Below, in pieces: positions 1-13,200 of a stretch of 64,000 nucleotides of DNA; positions within the stretch are counted from its first letter, which is position 1; every line of letters starts with the position of its first letter. This stretch comes from Catajapyx aquilonaris (Eukaryota), in assembly GCA_000934665.2 (NCBI GenBank), contig JYFJ02001660.1, positions 1-64,000 of the forward strand. Direction: 5' to 3'. The translations under genes were made by a program, and so were the position numbers. A model generated the notes under the pieces. It was not told where the DNA came from, ran no database searches, and was given only the letters and a program-made list of their open reading frames with translations.

Positions 1-300
1 GAAGTAGTGTGTGGAAGTAGTCGTAGTAGTAGTAGTCATATTATTAGCAGCAGCAGTAATAACAGCAACAACATGTAATAACATCATATAATACCATGAA
101 ATATAACAACAACAGTAGTAGTAGTAGTAGTGGTAGTAGTGATGATGATGGTGCTCTATCACATCTATTATTGTAAAAGGGAAAGTTCGTTTGTTTGTCC
201 ATGTTTGGTTACCATGGTTGTAGGGTTTCGGCTCTGCACAGTTTTATTATTTGGCTGTGTGAAGAACAGGTTCAGCGGCTGTAGTTATACTGTACTAGTA

Positions 301-339
<39 letters not shown>

Positions 340-357
340 GATTATCATCATCATCAT
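1..357. repeat. Trinucleotide microsatellite cluster ((GTA)n, (TAT)n, (CAT)n)
   Basis: Direct inspection; it flanks a Helitron-like 5' end at about 166. Confidence 0.85.
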
Positions 358-667
358 AAAATATCCTGATTATGAAGTGAAAACATGCAACCAAAAATGG
401 CTGGAGGAGGAGAATCAACGATGCATGTCCATCACCATATGCTTTTTATTATGATCGTTGAAGGCTTAAAATTGGGAGATAACATTCGACCTTAAATGCA
501 TTAGTAGTGTACAAAAAATATCATTGCCTTATTCACTGGGGTACCTTTGGCACAGTCGAGTGTTTTGGCAGCTAAATGCAAAAGTAATGGTTACATGGCC
601 TGTATATGGCAGCACTTACTGTACCTTTGATTACACATTTTGATTCATGCAAAAAACTGGTACCGAG

Positions 668-2712
668 TCAGTCGTCCTGTAACATGCTGAGTAACAGGCT
701 GTAATATTCCTCCTGTGTATAGTTACGCCCTTCATCCACCAACTTGCGCAAGGTCATGGCTTCAAAACTAGCCGTCTTCCACTGTTCGTCCCACCAATTG
801 GACTGAACCTCCACCTCTACCCCTGCATGCTTAGTGGGTGCAGGACATCCGTAGTGGTCTTCTGTTGCCACTCTGTGCACCGCGGGCTGACCACGGGCAA
901 AGTCATCTGCTATTCTGTCACACAAGAAGCATTCAAATCGCTCCACAAAGTTGCTCTCCTCCCAGCTGTTGCTGATTCCCCAGGATCTCTTCAGCATAGT
1001 ATCCTTGAGCAGGTTGTTAGAGATTTGACCTTCCAGCTTGTGCAACAGACGGTGTTGATAGGCAGTGTCATTCGAGTTGATGTCACGGATGTGGTCAGCC
1101 AGTTGAGCAGGGGAAGGGAAGTCACGGACCAGTATGGCAGAATCCGCATGGTTAGGAAGCCAGTCCTGTGAGAAAGTACACCGTAATATCAAGCTTTCAT
1201 CGGTTTCTGCATAATTACTGTCTATGAGAATGAGAACAGCCTATGTTAAATCCACATTATTGAACATACCAGTACAGTGTTAGACATGAATCGCATCGTA
1301 CTGCTAGAGACATTTTCCGAAGTGGCAGCAGAATTAATCTTGTTCGCATGGCTCGCACTATCCATTGCTTCGATTAGTTCTTCGGAAAATGTTGCTAGCA
1401 GTAGGATGCGATTATGTCCAACACTGTACACCTCAAAGAACAGCTGATGGACGTGCAAAATAACAACAAACAATCAAAAAGGGAAGGCTCAACATACTTG
1501 AACACTAGGCGATCCCATGTATATTGGCACTGTGCCGACTGTGAGTGGTCTCCACAACTTCTCCGTTATGTAATCCTCACAAATCGCATTTTCAAATGCA
1601 AGAGCAAATTTATACGATGCTACAATCTGCAAAAAGTCTGGCGAGTTCATGGTTTCCAGAGGTCTCCTCAATCTGAAGTAAATTAAGCAGTGTCAGTATC
1701 CTATGGCTTGCAATGATAGCGTGAATTAAACAGCTAACGTTTCAGGAAGATTCTTGTTGTGCAAACATTCCCCATAGGAATCGATTCGAATGTGTTTCAA
1801 GAGTTCCGTAACGTACAGGTCTCGCTGCGAAGGAGTGTCACAGTCTGATTGCACATATATCACAGGTGCCAGCTCAGAAAGAAGCTCATTCTTTCTCTTC
1901 AGAGGTACATAGTATTTCAGATCTGAAAAAGAAAGTAATCCTTTACATCCCAGATATCTGCAATTTTAGCTAATTGAATTATGATGACTCGCTTTTAATT
2001 AATCCATTAACCTGTCAATATAGAGAGATTTTCCAGGTACTGTAAGGTGAGTGGAAAGTCACTTGTCCTTCGGAAAGTAGCAGTGTGGTTGAAGAGACTC
2101 ATCACTTGAGAGTACGAAAAGAGTTGGTTGTTCTTTGGCGATTCTTCATGCAGCAATGCCCACTGCTGCGTAGTCCTTGGAAGGGGAAGGTCCGTCGGAC
2201 TGAAGCCACTTCCGTAAAATAATATCACCTAACCAACACAGAGAAAATGTTACATTCTGATATCAGGTGCGCATGCAATGTGTAAAAACAACACCTTGGT
2301 TTGAGTATGATTCCACAGGACACGGTTGTCGCTAAAAAAGCAGGAATGTTTCCCACAGCTTTTGACCTCCCCTGCATTGTGAGTAAACGGAGTCCACCAT
2401 ATTATCACAGGCACATTTGGCGGTGGAAGTATTTGTACATTCTCTTTACTCTCCCTGCTACTCTTGGAGTACGAATTGTGTCGTAGCATCTCCTCACTCT
2501 CTTCTTGCAGTAAGTGCAGCAACTGAAAAAAAAAACAACGAGTATGTGCGTTTCTCTCTCTCATCTCTTCATTGCGTGTGATTTGTGTCTCGACAACTAA
2601 CCTCAAGCGTAGAGATGATGGCCGTAGTGATGAGAAGGCCAATGACGGTGAGCAAACATGTCTGGAAGCGCTTGCAGCATGTGTAGTTCTTCGGCAGTCT
2701 GACCCCCATCAT
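668..2712 (-). CDS. Alpha-1,3-fucosyltransferase 10/11-like (GT10 family), 6 exons
   Basis: Phase-consistent exons 2712-2602, 2522-2295, 2228-2012, 1922-1739, 1672-1498, 1165-668. The N-terminus has a type II TM anchor ([14 protein letters not shown]). Motifs [32 protein letters not shown] and the GT10 motif [24 protein letters not shown] are typical of the FUT10/FUT11 clade. Confidence 0.93.
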
Positions 2713-3487
2713 CTGAGTATTGTATGTGCTGCTGTACTGCACGCATCACGCTCACATCTCGCTTAACTGTAATTGGATTTTACTCATGTTGTGTTACGCT
2801 ATTGCCACACATTTCATTGACATGTAGGCTACTTGTGAATGTAATGTTCAACGATGCATTGAACCCTATGTATTCCCACACATTTACTTGACAAATGTAC
2901 GTAATGTTCACTCAATCAACATAAAGTTTAATACATCATTGAATCCAATCAATCATCATAATTTATTTTTTTTAACCAATAATACATCATTGAACAGTGT
3001 GTACGTAAAGTCCAATGATGTCAGTGTACTGCACGTGCTGACTGTGCATTGATGTGTTACTGTTAATGTACAGCCAAACATGTACTCTATTAATTAACAA
3101 GTATAATTAATAATAACTATAATAATTAGCGTGTTAAACCCTAAAACTTGCCATTGACAGTTAGCCTAGCCCAGTCTAGTCTAACACGTTCAACACCATC
3201 ATCATGAGACAAAAAAAATACCTAAAATATTTTAATTGCATGATTTTTAACACAGTGTAATATAATTCCGCACATTAATTAATTATTTCAAAATAATCAG
3301 TCCGTTCCTTTCAATCGGTTCGGTTCGTTCCTTTCAATCAGTTCGGTTCGTTCCTTCGTCCACACACACTTTTCGAAATAAGACGAAGGAACGAGCGGAA
3401 CGAGCTCACGTTGACATCGGGTTGACATGTTCTATTATTATTTTTCCTAGATTCAGTTGCCCTTCAGGAGGATTGTTCTCCATAATT

Positions 3488-6326
3488 ATGTCTCCCACGA
3501 TGGCCAGGGAGGATGTGAGGCAGGTGCTGAGGGCCGTGACTGCCCTGAAGTCGGCCGTGGTTGAGCTGGAGGAGAGGATGGAGGAAGAGGCGGAGGCTGT
3601 CAGCTACCTGGCCAGGGCGATGGGGGAGAAGATAGCGTGCATGGAGGACAGGATTGTGGAGAGAATCACCGCGGCTCTTCTGGCGGGGGGAAGGGCAGGG
3701 CAGAACGCAGGTCAAGAGGTCGACACAGACAAGGAGGTCAATCCAGGTCATGTCAACACAGACCAAGAGGTCAATCCAGGTCATGTCAACACAGATCAGG
3801 TCGAGAGTCATGCGGAGGAAGATGAAGGACAAGCAGAGGATGGCGGTCAGGAGGAGGAGGAGTCCGCAGGTACAATATTATTCCCTTTTATTGCTAGACG
3901 CATGTTCATGAAAGAGCAAATAGTATAGCGCCACATGGTGTACTTTTAGTGTACTTTACAGGACATTCAGATCAAGATGACAGTGGGTCTGAAGCAACTG
4001 TGATGAATGATGGTGAGAGGAGCGAACTGGAGGATAGTGCGTCGGAAGGAATCCCCCAGCTGGTTGAAGTAAGAGCAATGGGCAATGGAAACATGAAATT
4101 ATATATTTTCCGTTGTTGTTTTGGACAATTTGTTATCACTGAAGAATGTCACAGCAAAATTCTGCTGTCCCATGGAAAAAAAACGGTATCTGCAAAACCG
4201 TTCGAGTCGACTCGAACGGTTTTGCAGATACAGCTTTTCTCTGTGGGACGGCAGAATTTAGCTGTAACAATATTACAATGTAATAGTAATGTTGCCCACA
4301 AGCAATACTCAAGTAGTCCATTGAGCAGACTTTAAATTTCTTGTTTTAAAAAATCCATAATTGTAATTTTAAATGTATATATGTGTGTCTTACTAGGTGA
4401 TGACTGCCCTCGAACTGGCTCCAGCTGATGGTTCAGAGAGTGGCCAACAGCCTGACTCTCCGCAAGAAAGGGAGATCCCTACCCCACCACCAATAGATGA
4501 TGATTCCTGTGGCTTACTGTGTAGCGTGGATTGCGTGTTGGAGAATTCCACAGATCAGGTACTTGAAGTAAGACTCTTCGAAATAACATGAGCATTCAGT
4601 TTGTGTGGAACAACTCTTTTTAAAAATAGAGAAGTTGCGTACTCATCACGGTTTCATATAGGCAGATTAAGTTGAAGGATGGCTGCAATAAATATCATTA
4701 CGACATGAACACTTTTCCTAACTTCAGAGTCAGCAAGATGCACAATATTTGCCTTGCACTGATTTTAAATTACAGCCTTGCGTGTCCTTTGAGCAGCGAG
4801 AAGGATATCGACCTGAATTGCATACATTTTTATCTGGTCATTGCAGGAGACTGCTTCTCCAAACCAAACCACCAACCAACCTGTCGCATGTAATACAGAG
4901 GGAAGTAAGCAACCCACCCTCCTGCCAGAAGAGGAAGAGCAAGCATCACCAGTGAATTATTCACAAGATGTATCAGGTTTCTCGGAGGAGATGGCGAGGG
5001 ACGAAATAAATGAGCCAAATGAAGTACAACTCCAGGTAACATGGACATTTGCTTTGCTTGCTGTTCTCGTTATTTTCTGTGGATGACTGTGTACTTTGGA
5101 TAATTACGACAATATCAAGGTTGAGTTCACTTATGGCTATGTGTAATCATGTTGTTGACAGCATTAATACTTTATTGTTTTAAAATTGCAATGCAAGCAC
5201 TCGTCACGTAAATTTTTGTTGCGACTCAGACCAAGTTCATGATGACATGCATGGCAGAATAACATATTTTAGATTATTAATTTTTCATATTTTATTCCTT
5301 TGCTAGGAGCCCACAACTAAGCGACTAACTGTAGTGGATAGTTCAGAGATCAGCAAGCAGCTGACTTATGAGCCACAAAGGGAAATTCCCACCCCACCAA
5401 TAGAGGATTCGTCACAAGACATAACTGCAGGCCCCTCAAAGCCGAAAAAGAGAAAGAAGAAGTCCTCTCTCAGGCGTGAGAGACTGCATAAAAAGGTACA
5501 ATCATGCTCGTCATTGTCTTTTATTTCCAGGAAGGATCAGCAAATGGGAATGTAATTAATTGTTAGAAAATAATGAGATGTAACAAGTGTATGGTGTGGC
5601 TGCGCTATGTCCATTTTAATTTTCAAACTCCACTGTACATAAAAGAGGGAAATATTACTTACTGCATTTTTATTATGCTTTCAGAAACTGAAGGCACATG
5701 ACCATGCTCTGACCGTGTTGAAAGAGAAAGATCAAAATGTGCCCAATGATCACCACCTGAGGGATTCTCCTGATGATGTCCCGCAACTAAAATCACAGTC
5801 TTCATCTGGTAAGAGAATGATTGACAAGGAAGGAAAAAAGGAGAAAAAGAAGAACAAAAAAGGCGGAAAGAATCAGAGGAGAGTTTCATTTGAAAATAAC
5901 TTGCAACAAATCGTATCATGGGCACAGAAATTGTCGCCAGTTGCTGCCAGTGGGAAGCGTATGAAAACAAGGTCAGTCACCCGAGTGTCGAGCCCTGGCA
6001 GTAGCGGCAAGTTGACAAAAGTTTTCCAGCACAAGAAAGTACTAGCAAAGAAATACAGTGCTGATTGTAAAGAAACACAGAAGTCTTACGTGTGCAGAGA
6101 GTGCAAGAGGTCTTTTACTCGTAAATCTAAACTGGAAAACCATAAAAGGCAGCATTCTGGTGAGGGCCGACACATTTGTGAGTGCGGGAAGACATTTGCT
6201 GATAAGCATAACTTGGCTCGTCACCAGCAGCTCCACACAGGTGTTAAGCCATTCAAGTGCGATATTTGCAATAAAGATTTTGCACGAAAGTATTACGTCA
6301 CTGATCACCAAAAAAGAGTCCACTAA
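3488..6326 (+). CDS. C2H2 zinc-finger protein (3 C-terminal fingers, acidic low-complexity middle, coiled-coil-like N-terminus), 6 exons
   Basis: Exons approx. 3488-3869, 3962-4068, 4397-4558/4567, 4847-5035, 5307-5495 and 5685-6326 splice in frame. The last exon encodes CRECKRSF..H..H, CECGKTF..H..H, a TGVKPF linker and CDICNKDF..H...H. Basic NLS-like stretches (KPKKRKKK) are present. Confidence 0.8.
3712..3800 (+). repeat. 33-bp coding tandem repeat (about 2.5 copies; EVNPGHVNTDQ)
   Basis: The unit gaggtcaatccaggtcatgtcaacacaga recurs at 33-bp spacing. Confidence 0.85.
4147..4269. mobile_element. Foldback/MITE-like palindrome in a zinc-finger gene intron
   Basis: Perfect 46-bp palindrome at 4186-4231 (gtatctgcaaaaccgttcgagtc|gactcgaacggttttgcagatac), extended by imperfect arms of about 40 bp. 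Confidence 0.75.
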
Positions 6327-7233
6327 TCGCAAGTGAGCCTCACACTTACAAAGCCTGAGGTAAAACGTACCTAGTGACAAGCGTTGCAGATAAGAAGGTT
6401 GATTTGGTTGTAATAGTTTATTGAATTATTCAGGGTCAGTTTGTAGTACATAAATGATATTCAGAAGTTGTGCAATTTATGATTAATCATTTTCAATATG
6501 GTCAGTGGAATTTGCAGAAAACATTTTGCTGCTCCATATGCATTGCGATGTGGAATTTTAAGAAAAATATGCTCGTTACTTGGATATCGTGCAATTTTCA
6601 GGGATAATGTCTGAAGCTTATTCTCTCCATGTTATTCATGAGATGTGATTAATGTGTTACTATTTTTTTCTATGCGGAGAAACAAAATATTTTTTATAAC
6701 TGTAAGTGATATGATTACTGTGCCATTATACAGTTAAACTTGCCAATCGGGGATTCCAGATTTGTCGTAAACATGCCCTGTACAGAACTTGGGCTTTGTA
6801 TGTGCAGGGTTGTCAATGCACTTCTGTACGATGTTGTGGAAACCCGAGCTGAATTGACAGGTTTCGCTGTTGTTTTGACCTGGAGAGTGGTGTAATACGC
6901 TATTACCCGGAATGCATTATGCAGTCTCTTTTTGCCGTACTTCACCTGAAATATTGGTGGAGATACATTTCTTTAACTTGGAATACAACTCTATAAAATA
7001 ATTTTCTTTCGCCAACAAAGTGGCTGTGACAGGCAGGAGTTGCTGTGAATTTATGTAAGTATCCATAAAGGTGTGGTACATTGTTTAATAAAGTTGGTTC
7101 ATGTTTCAACTGTACATTATATTTATAATGAAAAGCAGTCGCCTTTCACTTAAATTTGGGTGGGAACACGCATGCTTGCCTCTGAACCAATCAGCCGTGC
7201 AACTTACATAATAAATTCACCCACATCATTGGC

Positions 7234-8385
7234 TTAATAATAATAGCCATTCCGACTCCAGGGTGCCCTTCCCATGAAACCGAATCCCTCATTCCCATAG
7301 TTAGGCCTCTGGAGGCACTGCGGTGAGATCTTTTCACATACGAAAGGTAACTCCTGATTGCAGGGCATGTCATCCCACTTAAAGTCCCTCTCTTTATGAA
7401 GGGCCATGCAGTTTTCCGGGCCATGTGCCTTCAACAACCCACCGTTGTCGGGTTGTCCAGAAGCCCAATCATTGAAGTACACTGCCATCTTGGTCATCTC
7501 CCAATGCCACCGTCCTTCATGGCCGTGGTCGTAGCCTCCAACCCAAAATGTGCGTGCATGTCCTGTGAGACATAAAAGTAATGCATTATCTGGCGATTGC
7601 GACTTGCAGAGCTCACTTACTGGATCGGATGTAGTTCTTAAGTGTGTATGCCTCCTCGTAGCTTTCCACCATAGCCAGCTCCCCGCCCTGCATTCGGCAC
7701 GACTCCGAAGCTTGCCACCAGTTCATGCCCTGGACGTTGCTGAAGAGGTAGCATCCAGTCACAAGGCGAGTGTAAGGCGCAATGCACCCAATGCCCTGAC
7801 TCAAACCTGTCACTGTCGGGTAGAAGGTCATGTCATGAAAGAAAAATTCGCTAGAAACACAGGCAATACTTACTGTAAATAAGCTGGGCCGCAACCAAAT
7901 TCAGCCACATTCCTTCCATGTTGGACGTGCCCTGCCTCTCTGGCAAAATGTGGCTACCTTCTTCCTTTTTAATGACATTGTGACTTTCCGTGCCGGAAGA
8001 CAAATGGCATTACCTATCCTGGTGTCGCTTTATTAGATAATTATTTCATGTAGCGACAATGCACACGTCAGATAAAAAAAAGAAGAATTCATTAAAACAA
8101 TGGGATTGTTTTGGATTACCAGGGCCAGTAAAAAACAATAGCGTGATTAGTGGAAGGTGAAGCGCAAAATAGAAATGAAGAGAGATAAGACTGATAATAG
8201 TTTTCCGTCCACTTTGGACTATTGTAAACTATCTAATACACTTTATTCCATTCTTTTTAAAGTACACCAACAACAAAAACTGTACAAAAACAGCTTATTA
8301 TTTTTTTCTCTGTAAATGCATTTACAAACCCATCCCTTCAATAAATTAAATCCATATTCTCACACCTTATCCTAATAAACAACAT
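7234..8385 (-). CDS. Secreted single-domain C-type lectin (QPD motif)
   Basis: Exons 7812-7621 (GCYLFS..MNWWQASESC..GGELA) and 7562-7234 (FWVGG..EGRWHW..WASGQPDN..ENCM..WDDMPC..FVCE). A hydrophobic signal-like exon lies at 8190-8120. The ATG exon at 8385-8366 is phase-compatible but tentative. Confidence 0.88.
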
Positions 8386-10285
8386 TTAAATATTTCATTT
8401 ATACACATATTCCGAAATCTCATATATGCAACAATGTCAGTTAATTATTACTTTTGCAACACTGCTCCCTTGCAGTTTAACTTAATAACCAATTTGTAAA
8501 AACCTTCTGCCTACGCACCTCATCAATCACTGGTACAGCTTAACTCTTGCCATGAAAGCAATCCGCAACAAATTATTAATACATACTGTACCAGCAATGT
8601 GCAGTGTTATGGCAATATTTTCACTCTTTCCCCAAGTGTCATACAGTACAATCGCAACATATCAAGAGCAAGACGCCCAATATCATACATTAATCTTCAC
8701 GGATCACTGACTCGGCTAGAAATCAACTGAATTTTTTTTTTTCCTAATAGAGTTTGAAAATTCATTAGATTCTGTTGCTTTTTAAATACGAACAACCAAT
8801 AACTGTTTGTCTCCTATCCATTTCGACATGCAGTATTTACAAGAAGTGAAATCCTTTAGGGTCATTGTCTGAAGTACAGTATATAAAGCGTGTGATAATT
8901 CGTGGAATCATCGTTCTTGTCGTAAACAGCCACAACGATACAACCATTTTTACAGTGTAAAGCTTCTCGACTCCTTTCTTGTGAACTTAAGAAAGCTGAT
9001 TTGACAACTGGCATGTTGCACAGTGTTAATACATCTTCAGATCAATAGTTCACCTGATCAGAGCCTAGCTCATCAGTCGAAAAGTAAGATATGGGGTAAA
9101 TAATTAGGGTGCTAAATGCAGTGTGCCCTAATGTTGTAAAAGGATTACAAAGTGTACAAAAAATGTAAAATAGTGTGCAGGATTGTCTAAATCACCCCAG
9201 TGCTCCCTTCGAACTGGTAAGATTATCACTTGCATCACTAAGCCATTATGTCGGTCAGTTTCGTTGATTCACCTAAGAGACCTTGTAAGTAGCTTTGCAA
9301 CATTCTCACTCATTAAGTCTGGAGGGTTCTGCAAACACAATTCGTAAAAATGAGCTCTTATTCATTGCATTAAACACTCTGGCAATGTATGTGCCCCTGA
9401 ACAGAATGGTTATGGGTTCAATCCCAAGCCTACGTCCTGTCCCATTTCATCTATTGCTGAGTTCATCATCTCTGGCGGAACTTCCACTAACTTACCACCC
9501 GGAGGCAAGAGCACACCATTATTATTATTATTGCGGCAAAAAATCAAATCGAAGTGATGAAAGAGCAACCAACACATCTCTTCGATTCGCTCTGTTGTGG
9601 CGGCTAGCTCATTGCGACACCATAAATGTCCTTGCACAGTCGTGAGCATAACGATGTGGACCCATTGCAAGAGGGATTGCACATGAGCAAGATACTGCCT
9701 TTTTGAATGTGACACATGCCCCATGAGGCACATATTCATGCCACTGAAGTATTTATATTTGGCACCGAAATTGACTGGGTGTTATCAGTTTAGTGATATG
9801 CTTAAAAATACAGGTGCTTTCCCTGTTGAACAAAACAATCCACCTGTGGCAGTGCCAGTATTGCATGCACATTGACACATCGTATGAGTAGAACCTGCAG
9901 ATGCATGGCAGTAATAAATATAGCAGCAGCTGTCAATACCACACCCGGAATTCAAAAGCAACTTTTCAATCATGAAATTACTGTTTGGTCCCACAGAAAA
10001 ATTTGCAACATATTGTGTTCACAACCGAAACCTGTGCAACGTTGTACGCTTTTGTGGAATGGAGCAACTTCCTTGTACACAGGTTTTACGGCAGGATATT
10101 TTGATGCACTTGGCAATAATGACATATTATACATAATGATTATCATAATCAAGGTACGATTGCAGACCCTCCATCCTTTATATTGGCACAGCGAAATGGT
10201 GGTCCTCAAAATTTCTCACTGTCACAACAACCAGTTGTCAAACCCGCTAAGAATTGGCCAACTGTTACATAGTAAAGGGAAAAAC

Positions 10286-13200
10286 TCAATGGAACTTTGA
10301 CTTATGCACAACGTTCCTGGCAGTGTTCCTGAGCTTCTCCTCAGACTTGACAGCCATCCTTCTGACCCAAAGGCAGAGCCTGTGTGGCCTCAGGGGCCAT
10401 TCGTATTCGTTGGGTACCATCCCGTCGATTTGTGACTCGAAGTATGAAAACAGTGGGAACCAGATGCGGGTTCGTTTGGAGTCCAAATGCATCAGGGCTC
10501 TGTTGTTGGCCAGTGTGTGGTAATACAGGAATAAGCGAGATGTGATGTAGAAGGCCACAAACACATCTATGGAGTAATGTTCATGGGCTGCTAGGATGAA
10601 GAATATGCCAAACATATTCAGGAGCCAGCTGAACGTGTGAAGAAAGTAGATGCGACGGGGAGTGTCTGCACACAGGATGGAAGGCAAGTGAGCCTCGAGT
10701 TACATGAAAACAAAAATTAAAATTACGAAGTGTACTCACATTCAGTAATAAAGAAGTTGAGCATGGTCAGCGCAACAGTGTGTCCTGAGAACATGTAGTC
10801 CCCGCATGTCCGAACTCCTTGGATAGACATCCCTGCAGCCTTCCATATCAGGTACGCCTGGTGGGCTTTGGCCGTTACGTCTCCGTATGGCTGCTTGGGC
10901 ACAAATAAATATATCTCAGTATATGCCTAACATGTAAATGAATACACCACAATCATAGAAATAGGCTTCAATCATCAGCTGGCAGCTGCCCAATCCAACT
11001 TTCTAGGTCCATAAGTAAACTGTGCTTAATAAAACATCATAATATATTGATAAAGCCCATCTCGTGCATCTCACTTCTTATTAAGTATAAATGTGCCTCA
11101 CGTGTCACGCTGCATTTATTTGTGAAGAGGTTGGCAAAATAGTTTTCATAAATTGAGGATGATGATATTTAACCAGAAGTTACCATTTCCCAATTACCAT
11201 ATTTGACAGCATAAAAGACGCATGTTTTTCCCACAAAAATTGGCTCAAAAAATCTGCCTGCGTCTTATATGCAAAAATACGCTAAAAGCTTTTTCTTTCC
11301 CCTGAATATCATCTGCTGAAATGGGGGTGCATCTTATATGCCTTCAAATACTGTATTTTAAGACCATACATGTAACATGCAAGGTGTAAAAAATGCATGA
11401 AATTATTAACTTCGAAAGCTGTGACTACTTTTACAATTATGTGACATTACCTGAATATTTGAGAACCAAATCCATTTTGAAAAAAATTTCAAATTATGAG
11501 TCATCATCCTCAAAACAATTTCACTAAATTGCATTCCCATTCAAATGATGGCACATGCATATAACTATTACTTTCAAAAGCAGCAACTTGCTAACTCTAA
11601 AATGCATCTCTTGCGTATTTTCTACAGGTGCAAGGTTTGTTCCAGATTTTTTTATACATACATACATCATCATCACGCCTAGTTCCCTGAAAGTGGGTAG
11701 GCAGTAAAAGAACAGGAAGAAATATAAGCTGAGGTGAAGGCGGAAAATGGTCAGACTTTCCTCTTTAAAAATTACTTATCCGTTGACAATGTATTGCCTT
11801 AAGACTACCACATTAATGCAACACATTCATGGTTTGTTGAATTAATATTTCACCTGAAATTATCTGGAAATCCAAAATGGTTCATTTCATGTTTCAACAA
11901 TTACGACAATTATTATGAAACTTAAACTCACCCTAGGATTGCACTGCAGGTGAGTCCCAGGAACTGACAGCGAAGTAATGAGCATTGTTACACATCTCAG
12001 TAAGAAAACGGTGCCCGACAAGCAGAAGAATCGGCGGAGCAAAATAAATCTGAAACATGTGTACCAAGCTGATTAGAAATGTGACGACTATTCCTATTAT
12101 CACGGGATTGATCAATGGCCAAGCAGTTATTTGGATCTAATCTGACTACCACTCTCATTAATTTATTTTCACAAGAACTTTCGGCATGGAATAAAAGGCT
12201 GTCACTAGAACCATTACTTCACAACACATGCGTATAGAAAAAATGTGGAGTCACCCTAATTATACCTTCAATTGTTGGGAGGGGTGACAGCTTTAATCCA
12301 AAGCTTTATTCTGCCAAAAGAGACCACCAAAATTCCTTACTCAACTTGATAAAATTGACTGCAGACTTCGACAAAAGTCCAAAACAATTTAACAGCGAAC
12401 TTGAGGAAATGCGTAACTCACCTGTGCTTGTGAAAAAAGAGCACGACAAGCCAAATGAGAAGAAGTATGGTTCCAGTAATCTCACACATCTCAAAGGCCC
12501 AGGGAATGTGGGGCACGTTATCCAGGAAGATGTCTGGGAGTGGAGGGTATTTCTTCATGTCTGGAACTCTGTCGTGGACAATCACCATTACAAAAGCTGT
12601 AATCCAGGTCACTCCAAAGAGGTAGGCCAAACTCAGGAAAGCTTTTCCGATTTCAGGTTCCAGCCGACACCCATGAGATCTGACAGAAAATCCAAACATT
12701 AACAAAAGCTCAATGACAATCATTATCTGCTGCGGAAAAAATCACGTGAAAAACTTCCGCACTCTCAGCGAATATTTAGAAAAAATACCTGTGGTTTGTT
12801 GACGTATATGACTGGCTTCTTTCAATCTCAAGTTCTGAAGCGGATGAATCAGTTGAATCTGGAATTTGCTGTCCAGACACAACATACGCAGGCGAAGGGA
12901 GCCTGGTAACCGAGCACTCGCCATGGCAGGAAGAAGTGGCGGACATGCCTAGAGATTCCAGGACTGAGCGATTCTCCTTCTGCAACTGGTGGAGGTCAAA
13001 CACCAACCGTTTTATGTCTCCCAAAACCTGGAATTGGAATTGAATAATTAAGACGTCTTTGTCACAGCTGACTCGACAGAGTAAAGCGAGAAAATCAGTG
13101 AGTAACGCAGATATGCCTAGCATCCTATGTACACGACATTTGTACAGTTGTTAGATTTAGAGTCATTAGTTCATCTAACATAATAAAGCAGAAAGTTTGT

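Noticed and set aside
6715..6945. Minus-strand ORF preceded by an acceptor-like site, as an extra lectin exon
   Set aside because: The lectin already has a stop at 7234 and the peptide has no recognisable features. At most it is a UTR exon.
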